From assembly GCA_965237465.1 (NCBI GenBank), contig OZ250138.1:1814643-1878642 (forward strand): DNA of 64,000 nt. Direction: 5' to 3'. The notes beneath the pieces are model-generated. The model saw nothing but the letters and a program-made list of their open reading frames with translations. It was not told where the DNA came from and ran no database searches. Shown piece after piece: positions 1 through 11,117 of this stretch. A program made the translations under genes and the position numbers. Position 1 is the first letter of the stretch, and every line of letters begins with the position of its first letter. This stretch comes from Dehalococcoidia bacterium (lineage in GTDB: Bacteria > Chloroflexota > Dehalococcoidia > UBA6926).

Positions 1-51
1 CGGCTCTCTAGTAATGTAGGTACGGCGGCACGCGGGGTTCTGACACAATAG

Positions 52-1140
52 ATGAACGGCCACCACATTAGGCTCCGCCTTGAGAGCATTGAGGAGTCGA
101 CGCTCTCCCCCTACGCGCAGCATAGTCGCGCAACGCGGGGGAGGCGCATACCCGAAGAACCGTCCTTCATGCGGACTGAGTTCCAACGGGATCGGGACCG
201 CATCATCCACTCAAAGGCGTTTCGGCGACTCAATCACAAGACGCAGGTCTTCATCGCGCCCCTCAGCGACCACTTTTCCACTCGGCTGTCTCACACGATT
301 GAGGTTGCCCAGGTTGCCCGTTCCATCGCCCGCGCCCTCAGGCTCAATGAGGACCTATCAGAGGCGATTGCGCTTGCTCATGATTTGGGCCACACGCCCT
401 TTGGCCACCTTGGAGAGGACTTCTTTGAACCCAGGCTACCCGGTGGATACCGTCACGCGCAGCAGAGTCTCCGCGTCGTTGACCTTCTGGAAAAGGACGG
501 ACGAGGGCTGAACCTGACGTGGGAGGTCAGGCAGGGGATCCTGAACCACTCCAAGGGTCGAGGCAGCCTCCAGCCCATTCGTGCAGCCGACGAGGAGATG
601 TCGCTTGAGGCGCAGATCTGCCGCCTTAGCGATGCCATTGCATACGTCAACCATGACCTGGGCGACGCCCTTCGCGCTGGCGTCATTCGCGATGATGACA
701 TCCCCGTCCATGTGCGGAAGTTGCTTGGCGACCGTCACGCGGAACGCCTGAACACCATCATTGGCGACCTCGTTGAATCGTCGTGGGCCGTGACCGGCGA
801 GGACGGCGCGCCACCCAATGGAGAATCTCCGGCCATAGTAATGAGCCAACCGGTTTTGCAGGCCGTGATTGATCTGCGGGAATATCTTTTCGACAACGTT
901 TATCTCGCCGCCGCGCGTGATCAGAATGAGAAGCCGCTACGGATCCTGGAGACCTTGTGGGACGCCTTTACGCGTTCACCCCATCTCATCCCGGAAGGCT
1001 ACGCGAGGCCGGATGACACGCCTGAGCGCAGGGCAGTCGATTACATCTCCGGCATGACAGACCAGTTTGCCGAGTTGACGGCCGCCCAATTGCAGGAAGG
1101 TCGAGCTCTCAGCCCGCCCATTGCCGAGGTGGCTCTGTGA
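52..1140 (+). CDS. dgt: dGTP triphosphohydrolase-like HD-domain phosphohydrolase
   Basis: 362-aa ORF with an HD-domain signature (RLSHTIEVAQVARSIA ... HDLGHTPFGH) and the C-terminal DYISGMTDQFA motif typical of the dGTPase family. Its stop overlaps the next start (GTGA at 1137-1140). Confidence 0.85.
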   Translation: MNGHHIRLRLESIEESTLSPYAQHSRATRGRRIPEEPSFMRTEFQRDRDRIIHSKAFRRLNHKTQVFIAPLSDHFSTRLSHTIEVAQVARSIARALRLNEDLSEAIALAHDLGHTPFGHLGEDFFEPRLPGGYRHAQQSLRVVDLLEKDGRGLNLTWEVRQGILNHSKGRGSLQPIRAADEEMSLEAQICRLSDAIAYVNHDLGDALRAGVIRDDDIPVHVRKLLGDRHAERLNTIIGDLVESSWAVTGEDGAPPNGESPAIVMSQPVLQAVIDLREYLFDNVYLAAARDQNEKPLRILETLWDAFTRSPHLIPEGYARPDDTPERRAVDYISGMTDQFAELTAAQLQEGRALSPPIAEVAL

Positions 1141-3035
1141 CCGCCGTCGACGACGTCAAGAGCCGCATCGACATCGTTGATGTCATCGGATCACGGGTGT
1201 CTTTGCGGAAGGCGGGGCGCAATTTCAAGGCGAATTGCCCGTTCCACAATGAGAAAACACCCTCGTTCATCGTCTTTCCTGATCGTGGCACGTGGCATTG
1301 TTTTGGGGCGTGCGGCACGGGCGGCGACGCCTTTTCTTTCCTGCAACGCGCGGACAACCTGACATTTTCCGAGGCGCTGACCCAGCTGGCCGACCGCGCG
1401 GGCGTCACACTGCCGGACGTGCGCCGACAGGATGAGACTCAACAACGCGAGACGGACTCGCTGTACACGGCGCTGCAGAACGCCGCCGACTATTTCAATC
1501 GAATCCTCACCTATTCCCCCGCCGGCGCCGGGGCTCTCCGATACCTTACGGAGCGAGGCATCAATGAGGAGAGCGTGAAGGACTTCCACCTGGGCATGGC
1601 GCCGAGCGGGTGGGAGGGTCTGAAACACCACCTCTCCGATTTGGGCCACTCAGAGGAGCAGCTGCTGGCCGCCGGGCTGATCATTCCCCGGGATGATTCA
1701 AACGGAGCAGGAAATTTGGGCGGCGGCTCCTATGATCGGTTCCGCGCCCGCCTGATGTTCCCCGTCCGCGACGTAAAGGGGCGTGTGATCGGCTTTGGCG
1801 CGCGGGCGTTGGATGACTCCCAGCCCAAGTATCTAAATTCACCCCAGACGCCGCTATTCGACAAGAGCGGCTCCCTCTTTGGCATTGACCGCGCGCAAGA
1901 GGCGATCAGGGCCGAGGAAGAGGTCGTGCTCGTCGAGGGGTATATGGACGCCGTGCAGGCCCACCAGTCCGGCTTTCGCAACGTTGTGGCCATCATGGGC
2001 ACCGCGTTGACAGACAAGCAGGTCGGTCTTGTGCGTCGGCTGGCGCAGCGCTATGCCCTGGCGCTTGATCCCGATGCGGCGGGGGAAGAGGCGACGCGCC
2101 GCAGCCTTGAGGGCGCGTGGAATATCTTTCAACGCGAGATCGTACGCGGCGCCGGCGCGCGGCAGGACCTATACGTCCGCCGCGAGTTGCCCAAGTTGCG
2201 GGTCATCGCCCTCCCGCCCGGAAGGGATCCCGACGACGTTATTCGTGACGATCCCGACGATTGGCGGCGCCGCGTCGCCGAGGCCACGCCGATCCTGGAC
2301 TACCTCATCAGCTGGGAGGCCGGTCGGCCTGAATCGGTCACGTCCGAGGGGAGATTGGCTGCCGTCAATCGCATCTTCCCGCTGATCACAGCATTGGAGA
2401 ACACGTTTGAGCAGCAGGAAGCTTTCAGCAAGCTGGCGAGCGCGCTCAAGATTGACGAAAGCACTCTCGAGGCGGCCGTGGGGCGGCCGGCAAACCGCCG
2501 ACGCGCGCGCCCTGCCAACGGCCGGGCCGCTGACGCATCCGCGGATATCCCAGCGAGCGCCCTTGATGACAACCGCAGCGATGCTCTTGAGGAATATCTC
2601 CTAAAGCTGATGTTGGAATACGGCGATGAGATTACTCAGGCATGGGAACGACTTGGCCTGCCTGACCTGCCCATTGAGTGCCTCTGGGATCCGGTTAACG
2701 TGGAACTGCGGCGTGTTTTGACCTCCGGAAGCGCCGTCGAGCAGGCGGAGGCAATCGTCAGCAGCCAGGCGGAGCGTCTGAGAAACGCGTTGCCGATGCG
2801 GCTTGATGGCCGGGAGTTGGGACGGGCGCTGAGCGACATTGTACGGAGACTTCTGGAAAGACAGCTCAAGAGAGAGGAACTGGAGGCCTCGCTGGCCGTT
2901 GATTCACTTTCAGAAGAAGAGGGCGGCGCAATACAGGCGCTGTCGGATGAGATGCGAGGACAATTCGAGGAACGCCTTGAAAGGCTGCGCGCCGTGCAAA
3001 TCGACAAGTGGAGCAGGAATAGCCGCACAAGCTAA
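1137..3035 (+). CDS. dnaG: DNA primase
   Basis: 632-aa ORF with an N-terminal CHC2 zinc finger ([25 protein letters not shown]) and a TOPRIM core ([11 protein letters not shown] ... LDPDAAG). Classic position upstream of rpoD. Confidence 0.95.
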   Translation: MTAVDDVKSRIDIVDVIGSRVSLRKAGRNFKANCPFHNEKTPSFIVFPDRGTWHCFGACGTGGDAFSFLQRADNLTFSEALTQLADRAGVTLPDVRRQDETQQRETDSLYTALQNAADYFNRILTYSPAGAGALRYLTERGINEESVKDFHLGMAPSGWEGLKHHLSDLGHSEEQLLAAGLIIPRDDSNGAGNLGGGSYDRFRARLMFPVRDVKGRVIGFGARALDDSQPKYLNSPQTPLFDKSGSLFGIDRAQEAIRAEEEVVLVEGYMDAVQAHQSGFRNVVAIMGTALTDKQVGLVRRLAQRYALALDPDAAGEEATRRSLEGAWNIFQREIVRGAGARQDLYVRRELPKLRVIALPPGRDPDDVIRDDPDDWRRRVAEATPILDYLISWEAGRPESVTSEGRLAAVNRIFPLITALENTFEQQEAFSKLASALKIDESTLEAAVGRPANRRRARPANGRAADASADIPASALDDNRSDALEEYLLKLMLEYGDEITQAWERLGLPDLPIECLWDPVNVELRRVLTSGSAVEQAEAIVSSQAERLRNALPMRLDGRELGRALSDIVRRLLERQLKREELEASLAVDSLSEEEGGAIQALSDEMRGQFEERLERLRAVQIDKWSRNSRTS

Positions 3036-3103
3036 GAGTCGCAATCGAATCGCATAGGGCGGGGCGGCCCAACGTAGAACGGGGAACGGTAGAGGAGACA
3101 CGG

Positions 3104-4615
3104 ATGACCTGGCAATCAAACATCATCAACTTTGGTAGAGAGGGCACAGGGACCATCGCGAAGAATGTCACGGATGGCGTTGTCACGCTGGAACCGGCGT
3201 CCGCGCAGGAGCTCATCAGCGCTCTGCCGCAGACGAATAAGCCGCCGGTCGAAGAGGATTGGCCGACATCCCGCGAGCAGTGGGAAGAAGCGGCGCGCAT
3301 TGAGGCCGAAGCTGAAGCTGAGCTTGCGGATGCAGAGTCCCTTGATGACCCCGTTCGCATGTACCTCCGTGAGATTGGCCGTGTCGACCTTCTCAACGCG
3401 CGGCAGGAGAAGGAGCTTGCCCGCCGCGCGGAAGGATGGAAAGAGCTGCAGGCGCTTGAGGTCCGGCTCAGGGGAACCACTGGTCGCAGACCCAACATTG
3501 CTGATCTCTCCATCCACCTCCTCCAATGTCTGTCCACCCACGTGGAGCTCGCCAACATGCTCATCGAGCGCATGGGACTTGAAACCCCGTGCACGCTGCT
3601 GACGCTCAAGGAAGCTCCTGAGGCGGCGAAGGTCATCGACATTGAGATGCACCATGAGATGGCTCAAGAGCTGGCGGAGCAACTAGGCCGTGAGCCGGAG
3701 GATGTTGAGCGCGAAATCATTGAGATCTCCCTTGAGCGCTGGCTTCTGCCCACGCCCCTCATCGCTGCCTGTGCGCCGTCTCTCACCCTTGAGACGATTC
3801 CTCTCTATCTCGGCACTCAGGACATCCAGGAGGCAGCGAAACTGACGGATCAGGACTGCCGCGACTATCTGGACGAGATTCGAAGGCAGGGGGAGCGCGC
3901 CCAGCGCCGAATGACAGAGGCCAATCTGCGGCTCGTTGTCAGCGTCGCCAAGAAGTACATCGGGCGTGGCATGAATCTTCTGGACCTGGTGCAAGAGGGA
4001 AACATCGGACTAATCCGCGCCGTTGAGAAGTTCGATTACCGCAAGGGATTCAAGTTCTCCACGTACGCAACATGGTGGATCAGGCAGGCCATCACGCGCT
4101 CCATCGCCGATCAGGCGCGGACAATCCGCATCCCGGTCCATATGGTGGAGACCATCAACAAGCTGCTGCGTGAGAATCGACGCCTCGTGCAGGAGCTGGG
4201 TCGAGAGCCAACGACTGAGGAAATCGCTGTGCAGATGGAGATCACTCCTGAGCGAGTCCGGGAAATCCTTAAGATTTCGCAGGAGCCGGTCTCGCTTGAA
4301 ACACCCATCGGCGAGGAAGAGGACTCTCATCTCGGCGACTTTATCGAAGACAAGACGGCGCTTGCCCCGGCGGACGCCGCATCCTATCAGCTTCTGAAGG
4401 AGCAGATCGGCAGCGTGCTCGACACGCTGAGCGGACGGGAGCGGCGCGTGCTGCAGCTGCGCTTTGGGCTTGATGACGGCAGGAGTCGCACGCTTGAAGA
4501 AGTAGGGCGGGAATTCAGCGTCACCCGCGAGCGCATTCGGCAGATAGAGGCCAAGGCCCTGCGAAAGCTGCGGCATCCCACGCGCAGCCGACGCCTCCGG
4601 GATTTCCTCGCCTGA
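3104..4615 (+). CDS. rpoD: Primary RNA polymerase sigma factor (sigma-70 family)
   Basis: 503-aa ORF with region 2 ([37 protein letters not shown]), region 3, and region 4.2 ([30 protein letters not shown]). Confidence 0.95.
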   Translation: MTWQSNIINFGREGTGTIAKNVTDGVVTLEPASAQELISALPQTNKPPVEEDWPTSREQWEEAARIEAEAEAELADAESLDDPVRMYLREIGRVDLLNARQEKELARRAEGWKELQALEVRLRGTTGRRPNIADLSIHLLQCLSTHVELANMLIERMGLETPCTLLTLKEAPEAAKVIDIEMHHEMAQELAEQLGREPEDVEREIIEISLERWLLPTPLIAACAPSLTLETIPLYLGTQDIQEAAKLTDQDCRDYLDEIRRQGERAQRRMTEANLRLVVSVAKKYIGRGMNLLDLVQEGNIGLIRAVEKFDYRKGFKFSTYATWWIRQAITRSIADQARTIRIPVHMVETINKLLRENRRLVQELGREPTTEEIAVQMEITPERVREILKISQEPVSLETPIGEEEDSHLGDFIEDKTALAPADAASYQLLKEQIGSVLDTLSGRERRVLQLRFGLDDGRSRTLEEVGREFSVTRERIRQIEAKALRKLRHPTRSRRLRDFLA

Positions 4616-4676
4616 GACATTGCCGCCCAATCCAATCTATCAGCACTAAACGACTGCGCCTGGAGGCAGCGAATTC

Positions 4677-5132
4677 GTGACAGAACTGTTTGACACCCTG
4701 GATTCAGATATGAAGCAGGCGATGCGAGATCGCGATAAGACTCGCCTGTCCGCCATCCGCATGATTCGCAGCGCCCTGCAAAACGCGCTCATTGCCAAGG
4801 GCCCTGACGGCTCGATTGACGATGCGGAGGCGGCAGACGTGCTTGCGCGTGAAGCGCGGCAGCGACGCGAATCAATTGAGGAGTTCCGCAAGGCCGGGCG
4901 TGACGAGACTATACCCGAGCAGGAGCAGGAACTCGCTGTCGTGCTCGCGTATATGCCGCAACGACTATCCCGTGATGAGATTGCCGAGGAAGCGCGAAAG
5001 CTGATCTCGGAGCTCGGCGCGCGGGGTCCTGGCGATCGTGGTCGGGTCATGGGTGCCATCATGCCGGTCATGCGTGGCCGGGCCGACGGGCGCGACGTGG
5101 CGGATGTTGTCCAGGGACTGCTGACGCAGTGA
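4677..5132 (+). CDS. GatB/YqeY domain-containing protein
   Basis: 151-aa ORF (GTG start). The pattern L..D.K.AM...D..RL..IR.....I.......L.D.EV..VL is typical of YqeY-like proteins. Confidence 0.8.
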   Translation: MTELFDTLDSDMKQAMRDRDKTRLSAIRMIRSALQNALIAKGPDGSIDDAEAADVLAREARQRRESIEEFRKAGRDETIPEQEQELAVVLAYMPQRLSRDEIAEEARKLISELGARGPGDRGRVMGAIMPVMRGRADGRDVADVVQGLLTQ

Positions 5133-5145
5133 GAGCCACTCTGCT

Positions 5146-5865
5146 GTGACGGACAACATGGCGCGCTGCGCGGTGATCGTTTTTCCCGGAACGTGGAGTG
5201 ATGCCGACTGTCATCACGTACTGGACGAGGTTTTTCGCGTTCCGGTCGACTATGTGTGGCACAAGGAGAACGATCTGTCTTCATATGACATCGCCATCCT
5301 CCCGGGCGGCTTTGCGCATGGAGATTACCTTCGCCCGGGAGCCATTGCCCGCTTTTCTCCCGTTATGGATGGCATTCAGCGCATGGCGGAGGAAGGCAAG
5401 ACCGTTATCGGGATATGCAACGGCTTTCAGGTGCTGTGCGAGGCCGGCCTACTCCCTGGAGCGCTTCTCCGCAACGCCCACCTGCAGTACCGGTGTGAGT
5501 GGACGAATCTCCGCGTGGAAAACACAGCGACTCCCTTTACGAACATGGCGGATGAAGGTAGCGTGCTGCGCGTGCCGATATCGCACGGGGATGGCAACTA
5601 CTACGCCGATCCGGACACGCTGGCCGCGCTGGAAAGCAACAACCGAATCATATTCCGCTACGCCAGCCCTAACGGCGACGTAAGCCCCGAATTCAACCCG
5701 AATGGCTCACTGGGTAATATTGCCGGCATCGTCAACGAAGGACGCAACGTCCTTGGCATGATGCCGCACCCGGAGCGCTGCTGCGAGCCTGAACTGGGCG
5801 GTGTCGATGGCAGGACGATATTTGCCTCGATGCTGAAGCATGCCGGCCTGCCCGTCATCGGCTGA
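5146..5865 (+). CDS. purQ: Phosphoribosylformylglycinamidine synthase, glutaminase subunit PurQ
   Basis: 239-aa ORF with class I amidotransferase motifs LPGGFAHGDYLR, GICNGFQVL (nucleophile Cys) and MMPHPER. No purS or purL is adjacent. Confidence 0.9.
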   Translation: MTDNMARCAVIVFPGTWSDADCHHVLDEVFRVPVDYVWHKENDLSSYDIAILPGGFAHGDYLRPGAIARFSPVMDGIQRMAEEGKTVIGICNGFQVLCEAGLLPGALLRNAHLQYRCEWTNLRVENTATPFTNMADEGSVLRVPISHGDGNYYADPDTLAALESNNRIIFRYASPNGDVSPEFNPNGSLGNIAGIVNEGRNVLGMMPHPERCCEPELGGVDGRTIFASMLKHAGLPVIG

Positions 5866-5889
5866 GCGCGTGACCACGTCTGACACTGC

Positions 5890-6336
5890 ATGAGTGACCC
5901 GACCATAGGCGTCATTGTTGCCCTGATGGCTTCCGTGTGTTGGGCGGTTGGGTCGATACTTGTCCGGCTGGGCATCGACAAGGTCAGCCCGCCCTCTGCC
6001 ACGTTCTTTTCTATCCTGTCCGGGTTTTTCTTCGTTACAGCAATCGCCCTGATCATTGATGCGGGCGCGTTTCTTGAGATCTCGGCCTCAACCCTCGCCG
6101 GCTTTGCCCTCGTGGGGCTGCTGGCCTTCATGGTAGGACGACTCCTCTATTACACAAGCGTGAGCCTGATTGGCGTGGGCCGGGCCACGGCCATGGGCGG
6201 CGCAACTCCCATCGTTGCCGCCGTCCTGGCGGTGCTCTTTCTGAATGAGCAGCTGACAGTCCAGCTCGCCATTGGAATCATGGCCGTCGTCGTTGGCATC
6301 GGGTTGATCGTGTCAGGCCCGGCGCGAGAATCATGA
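5890..6336 (+). CDS. Half-size EamA/DMT-family membrane protein (single EamA domain)
   Basis: 148-aa hydrophobic ORF with 4-5 predicted TM segments and an EamA-like pattern. Its stop overlaps the next ORF start (ATGA at 6333-6336). Confidence 0.7.
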   Translation: MSDPTIGVIVALMASVCWAVGSILVRLGIDKVSPPSATFFSILSGFFFVTAIALIIDAGAFLEISASTLAGFALVGLLAFMVGRLLYYTSVSLIGVGRATAMGGATPIVAAVLAVLFLNEQLTVQLAIGIMAVVVGIGLIVSGPARES

Positions 6337-6842
6337 CGGCAACACGAGCGCCGGGCGAATCCGGGACTGGCGACCCCACGAAGGGCAGGATCGCGCGGCT
6401 GCGGGGCCCGGTGCTCTACGGCACGCTGGCATCGCTCCTGTCAGTTACGGGCTATGGAAGCAGCCAGGTGGTTGCGCGCAGTCTGCTCACGGGAGACACG
6501 CCGCCGCAGGTCGGTTCGGCCGTCACGCTTTTTGTTGCGATGCTGCTCCTGGGCGGGATGAGCGCGCGCAGCATGAAAAAGGACATCCGGGCCCCCAAGC
6601 GCGCCATTGCGTGGATTATGCTCGCGGGCATTCTGGCATCCACCGGCGCCTATCTCAGCTTTATCGCATTGTCCTTGGCGCCGATCGTCCTGATTTCGCC
6701 ACTCGTGGCTGTCAGCCCGCTCGTGACGTTGATCCTGGCCGCGATATTCTTGCGGCAGGTGGAGAAAATCACCATTCGGATTGTCCTCGGCGCCTGCCTC
6801 GTCGTCGCCGGCGTCATCCTTGTCATTGTGGGAAACAACTAG
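6333..6842 (+). CDS. Half-size EamA/DMT-family membrane protein (single EamA domain)
   Basis: 169-aa hydrophobic ORF, translationally coupled to the preceding half-size DMT ORF. Confidence 0.7.
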   Translation: MTATRAPGESGTGDPTKGRIARLRGPVLYGTLASLLSVTGYGSSQVVARSLLTGDTPPQVGSAVTLFVAMLLLGGMSARSMKKDIRAPKRAIAWIMLAGILASTGAYLSFIALSLAPIVLISPLVAVSPLVTLILAAIFLRQVEKITIRIVLGACLVVAGVILVIVGNN

Positions 6843-6873
6843 CGCAGCGAGCACCGCGTCCAATGGGGTTGAA

Positions 6874-8295
6874 ATGAACGAAAGAGACTTTCTGCTTGAG
6901 ATCACACAGATCGTCAGCCGGGATCGCGTCATAACGGATGAGCAGGTTCTTGATGACTACGCGAGCGATGCGCTCCCTTCCGGCCGCCCGGGCGGCCCGG
7001 AGCACGTTCGTCCGCTGGCCGTTGTGCGTCCCCAGACGACGGAGCACGTGGCGGCCATCCTTCGCGCCGCCACCGCCGCGGAAGCGCCGGTTGTTCCTTA
7101 CGGGGGCGGCACCGGCGTTATGGGCGGAGCGGCGACCATCCGGCCCGGAATCGTCCTCGACATGGGCAGCCTGAACCAGATTATTGACGTAAGCCTCCAG
7201 AATGGCATCGCGACAGTGCAGCCGGGAGTAATTCTCGCTGATCTGGACGCGCTCTTGCAGCCGTACAGCTTCTTCGTTGGACATGATCCATGGAGTCAGC
7301 CCATCGCAACCTTTGGCGGTGCAATATCCACCAACGGCGTCGGCTATCTTGCCGCCAAGTACGGCCCCATGGGTAGGCAGGTTGTCGGGCTTGAGGCGGT
7401 GCTGCCGACGGGCGAGATTGTGCGGACGCGCAACCTCAGGCGCTCCGTGGCGGCGGGTCTGGATCTAACGAGCCTGTTCATCGGCACGGAAGGCGTCTTT
7501 GGCGTCATCACGGAAGCGACGGTCCGCATTTATCCGGAATTGGAAGAGCGCCGACACTACGCCCTGGAGTTCGATAGCTTTCAGCAGGGTTTCATGGCGA
7601 TCGAACGCATTTTCGCGGCAGGCCTTGTTCCCGCGATGGTCGATTTTGCCCAGGAGGATGAAAGTGAGGACGGCGGAGCTCCCATCCTGGCGGACGGTCC
7701 CGGCCGCTCCGTGCTGCATCTCAGCATGGAGGGCGGCTCCACTGAACTTGACGCTCATCAGGACGCCATTTGGGACGTCGCAGTTGACCTTGGCGGGCGC
7801 GACCTCGGCCCGGAGGTGGCGCAACCGTTTTGGGAGGAGCGCCACACGTCGGGTGAACGATACCGCGATGCCCGCTTGGCCGGCCAACGCCATCCGTGGC
7901 GAGACGGCGCCGGAAGGGCGGGCAGCTACATCCACACCGCCGTGCCCGTGTCTCGCGTGCTGGACCTACGGTATGAGGCGATCCGCATGTTTGAGGACGC
8001 CGGCCTCCGGGTCACCGAGTGCGCGATCTGGGGCGAGCCGGAGATGTTCTCCATCATCGCGATTGATCCGCTGGCAAGCCCGGACGGGTGGGAGCGCATG
8101 AGAGAGACCTCCGATGCGATGATCACGACGGCTATAGGCATGGGCGGCACTATCGAGTACTGCCATGGGGTCGGCGTCCGGCTGAGCCACCTTATGCCGG
8201 CCGAGCTGGGGCAGGGCGGCGCGGCGCTTATGCGGGACATAAAGAAGGCCGTTGATCCGTCAGGCATCATGAACCCCGGCAAGTTGCTGGACTAG
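6874..8295 (+). CDS. FAD-binding oxidase (GlcD / FAD-linked oxidase family)
   Basis: The track ORF runs 6781-8295. The internal ATG at 6874 (MNERDFLLEI...) is preferred because it avoids overlap with the upstream gene. It has an FAD-binding PCMH-type pattern (VVPYGGGTGVMGG) and a C-terminal GTIEYCHGVG..DP.GIMNPGK. Confidence 0.85.
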   Translation: MNERDFLLEITQIVSRDRVITDEQVLDDYASDALPSGRPGGPEHVRPLAVVRPQTTEHVAAILRAATAAEAPVVPYGGGTGVMGGAATIRPGIVLDMGSLNQIIDVSLQNGIATVQPGVILADLDALLQPYSFFVGHDPWSQPIATFGGAISTNGVGYLAAKYGPMGRQVVGLEAVLPTGEIVRTRNLRRSVAAGLDLTSLFIGTEGVFGVITEATVRIYPELEERRHYALEFDSFQQGFMAIERIFAAGLVPAMVDFAQEDESEDGGAPILADGPGRSVLHLSMEGGSTELDAHQDAIWDVAVDLGGRDLGPEVAQPFWEERHTSGERYRDARLAGQRHPWRDGAGRAGSYIHTAVPVSRVLDLRYEAIRMFEDAGLRVTECAIWGEPEMFSIIAIDPLASPDGWERMRETSDAMITTAIGMGGTIEYCHGVGVRLSHLMPAELGQGGAALMRDIKKAVDPSGIMNPGKLLD

Positions 8296-8331
8296 AGGCT
8301 TACCCTCTGACAAGAAGACCGTACAGAGTAA

Positions 8332-8349
8332 CCCGCCGTAAAAGGCGGG
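8332..8349. terminator. Stem-loop between convergent genes (CCCGCC-GTAAAA-GGCGGG)
   Basis: 6-bp GC stem with a 6-nt loop, lying between the stops of the FAD oxidase gene and the minus-strand lipoprotein gene. There is an A/T-rich flank, but no long U tract. Confidence 0.45.
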
Positions 8350-8386
8350 CCCAAAGAACAGCGATAGAGATGCGCAGGCGGACCGC

Positions 8387-9244
8387 CTAGGGCCGGATTC
8401 CTCTCAGGAGCGTTATCGGAAACTCAAGAGAGATGTCCGGCAGGCCGGGATTCCCCACACCGTCCGCGGGGAAGAAATCCGCTTTAAGGGTATACGCGCC
8501 GTCAGGCGCGCGGTCACGCTCCGCAGAGCCTGTTCCGGGAGCGGTCAGATCCCACACAACCTCCAGTTCCCTTGCCTCGCCCGGTTCAAGCACCTCGGTC
8601 ACCACCTGCGGGAACGAATAGCCCTCATATTCCTTGGGCGTGTACCCCTTTTCACGAAGGGGGATTAGCCTGAGAACCCCTTGCGGTTCGCCGGCCGGCC
8701 GGGGCGGCCTCGGCAGCGCTATCCATATGGGAACAGCCGGCTCATCCTCGCTCCATCGTACGAATGACGCCGGTTCGTCTGACACATTCTCCACCCGCGT
8801 CCGGGCCCGCAACTCCAGTCGCCCCCGATATATCGACGGCCCGAAGATATCCAGCCTCGCATGAAAGGTGTTGTTCCACGTTGCTTCCCTGACTGTCCAC
8901 CATGTCTCAGGCTCAGGCGTGGGTGTGGGAGTTGGAGGAATAGGCGAGGCCGTCGGCGTCGGTGTCCCAGTGACTGTCTCCGTCGGTAGTGCGGCAACTG
9001 TGGGGACGACTGTTGCCGGAGTGGCGGAGGCGGGAATGCCGGTCGAAGAGATTGTGGTCGCAGTGGGGGATAAGGTCGCGGAGCCCTCGTTGTTGCAGGC
9101 GGCGAGCGCTATGGCCAGAATTCCAACAATCAGAAGATGGACAGTATAGGGGGCAAAAAGCGAACGCCTACCGTAGTGCCGAGTCTGTTTCACACACGCC
9201 CCATGAATGCGATGCGCTCTGTGGCGGCAAGCCCGCCGACACAT
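8387..9244 (-). CDS. Hypothetical secreted lipoprotein with a Thr/Pro-rich linker
   Basis: ORF with a hydrophobic signal ending in a lipobox-like IALAAC, then a T/P-rich low-complexity linker, then a ~170-aa C-terminal domain of unknown function. The true start is probably internal (GTG at 9193). Confidence 0.55.
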   Translation of the reverse strand: MCRRACRHRAHRIHGACVKQTRHYGRRSLFAPYTVHLLIVGILAIALAACNNEGSATLSPTATTISSTGIPASATPATVVPTVAALPTETVTGTPTPTASPIPPTPTPTPEPETWWTVREATWNNTFHARLDIFGPSIYRGRLELRARTRVENVSDEPASFVRWSEDEPAVPIWIALPRPPRPAGEPQGVLRLIPLREKGYTPKEYEGYSFPQVVTEVLEPGEARELEVVWDLTAPGTGSAERDRAPDGAYTLKADFFPADGVGNPGLPDISLEFPITLLRGIRP

Positions 9245-9338
9245 TAACTATACTGTGCGCCCCTGTCCCTCGCTATACCGCTGCTATACTGGATGCTGAC
9301 CAGCCGAGGCCCAGCACGGAGGCAAGGACACCAGCACA

Positions 9339-11096
9339 ATGCCGCCCTTCCGCGTTGCCCTGGCGCAGATTAACCCCACTGTCGGCGATATTCCCGGCAA
9401 CACGCGCCGCATCATTGAGGACATTCAGCGCGCGAAGGAATACCAGGTGGATCTTGTAGCCTTCCCGGAGCTGTGCATAACCGGCTACCCGCCGGAAGAC
9501 CTCCTCTACAAGGATTCATTCCTGGATGCGGTTGGCGACGCTCTGCATGAGGTGTTCGAGGCCTCGCGCGGCATTGCGGTCGTCGTGGGGTTCCCGGAAC
9601 GCGTCGCCCTGCCGGATTGCCCGGAGCAGATCTACAACTCCGCCGCGGTCATTCACGACGGAGAGCTTGCCGACGTGTACCGCAAGATCTTTCTTCCCAA
9701 CTACAGCGTCTTTGATGAGGAACGCTACTTTGAGTCCGGCGATCGATGCCCCGTCTACCGCATCGGCGATGCGCTTATTGGAGTGAATATCTGCGAGGAC
9801 ATCTGGATCGATTCAGGGCCAACGACTGTTCAGCGCACTGCCGGCGCGCAGATCGTCATCAACATCAACGGCTCGCCGTACTACCAGGGGAAGCGCGCGG
9901 AACGGGGCGATATGCTGCGTGAGCGGGCGGCGCAGAACGGCATCTTTCTCTGCTACGTCAACATGACAGGCGGCCAGGATGAGCTTGTCTTTGACGGAGC
10001 GAGCATGATCCTTGATCCGCAGGGGGCCCTAATTGGCGCGGGCCGCCAATTTCACGAGGATCTGGTGGTCGCGGATCTCAACCTGAGCCAGGCGGACGCC
10101 ACGCCGCAGATTGCGGCCATAGATGACACAGACCCGGCCATCAGGCGATGGGCGCAGGCCGATGTCCGGGACATCTCACCGGCGCCGTCTGCGATTGGAG
10201 AGCGTCCTGCGCTCCCGGCGAGAGACATGCCCGACCCCCTCCACCCGGTTGAGGAGGCCTATCGCGCTCTCATCCTTGGCACGCGCGACTACGTGCACAA
10301 GAGCGGATTCTCCCAGGTGGTTATCGGCCTCTCCGGCGGCATTGATTCCGCGCTGACGGCGGCTGTCGCGGCGGATGCCCTCGGCCCCGAAAATGTGCTT
10401 TGCCTGGCGATGCCGTCGCGATTCACGGCGGACCGCAGCGTGACCGACGCGCGGCTGCTCGCCGAGAATCTTGGGATCGGCTTTGACGTGATCGCAATTG
10501 AGGACGTTGTCGCGGCCTATCGCGATGGACTGAATCCGCTCTTCGCGGGCACGCAGGAGGGCGTGGCGGAGGAAAATATCCAGGCGCGCGTGCGCGGCAA
10601 CCTGTTGATGGCCATCTCAAACAAGTTTGGCAAGATTGTGCTTGCCACCGGCAATAAGAGCGAGTACGCCACCGGATACGCAACGCTCTACGGCGATATG
10701 GCGGGCGGCTTCGCCGTCATCAAGGATGTGCCCAAGACACTCGTGTATCAGCTATGCAATTGGCGAAACGAGGACGCAGGTCGCGACATCATTCCACAGG
10801 CGATTATTGACCGGCCGCCGACGGCGGAGTTGCGTCCGGATCAACTCGATATGGACTCTCTCCCACCCTACGACATCCTTGACCCCGTGCTTGAGGCCTA
10901 TGTAGAGCGAGACTGCTCCCCCGCGGACATGGTGAACAAACTTGGCTTTGCCAAAGACGTTGTGAATCGCGTCGTCATGCTTGTTGACCGAAGCGAATAC
11001 AAACGCCGCCAGGCGGCACCCGGCATAAAGATCACCGAGCGCGCCTTCGGCAAAGACCGCCGCCTCCCCATAGTCAACCGCTACAAGCCGGTGTAG
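9339..11096 (+). CDS. nadE: Glutamine-dependent NAD+ synthetase (CN-hydrolase domain plus NAD synthetase domain)
   Basis: 585-aa ORF with an N-terminal nitrilase-like domain (FPEL..TGYP, NICEDIW) and a C-terminal PP-loop (GLSGGIDS). Confidence 0.95.
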   Translation: MPPFRVALAQINPTVGDIPGNTRRIIEDIQRAKEYQVDLVAFPELCITGYPPEDLLYKDSFLDAVGDALHEVFEASRGIAVVVGFPERVALPDCPEQIYNSAAVIHDGELADVYRKIFLPNYSVFDEERYFESGDRCPVYRIGDALIGVNICEDIWIDSGPTTVQRTAGAQIVININGSPYYQGKRAERGDMLRERAAQNGIFLCYVNMTGGQDELVFDGASMILDPQGALIGAGRQFHEDLVVADLNLSQADATPQIAAIDDTDPAIRRWAQADVRDISPAPSAIGERPALPARDMPDPLHPVEEAYRALILGTRDYVHKSGFSQVVIGLSGGIDSALTAAVAADALGPENVLCLAMPSRFTADRSVTDARLLAENLGIGFDVIAIEDVVAAYRDGLNPLFAGTQEGVAEENIQARVRGNLLMAISNKFGKIVLATGNKSEYATGYATLYGDMAGGFAVIKDVPKTLVYQLCNWRNEDAGRDIIPQAIIDRPPTAELRPDQLDMDSLPPYDILDPVLEAYVERDCSPADMVNKLGFAKDVVNRVVMLVDRSEYKRRQAAPGIKITERAFGKDRRLPIVNRYKPV

Positions 11097-11117
11097 GGGA
11101 AGAGACGCCTAGGCGCC

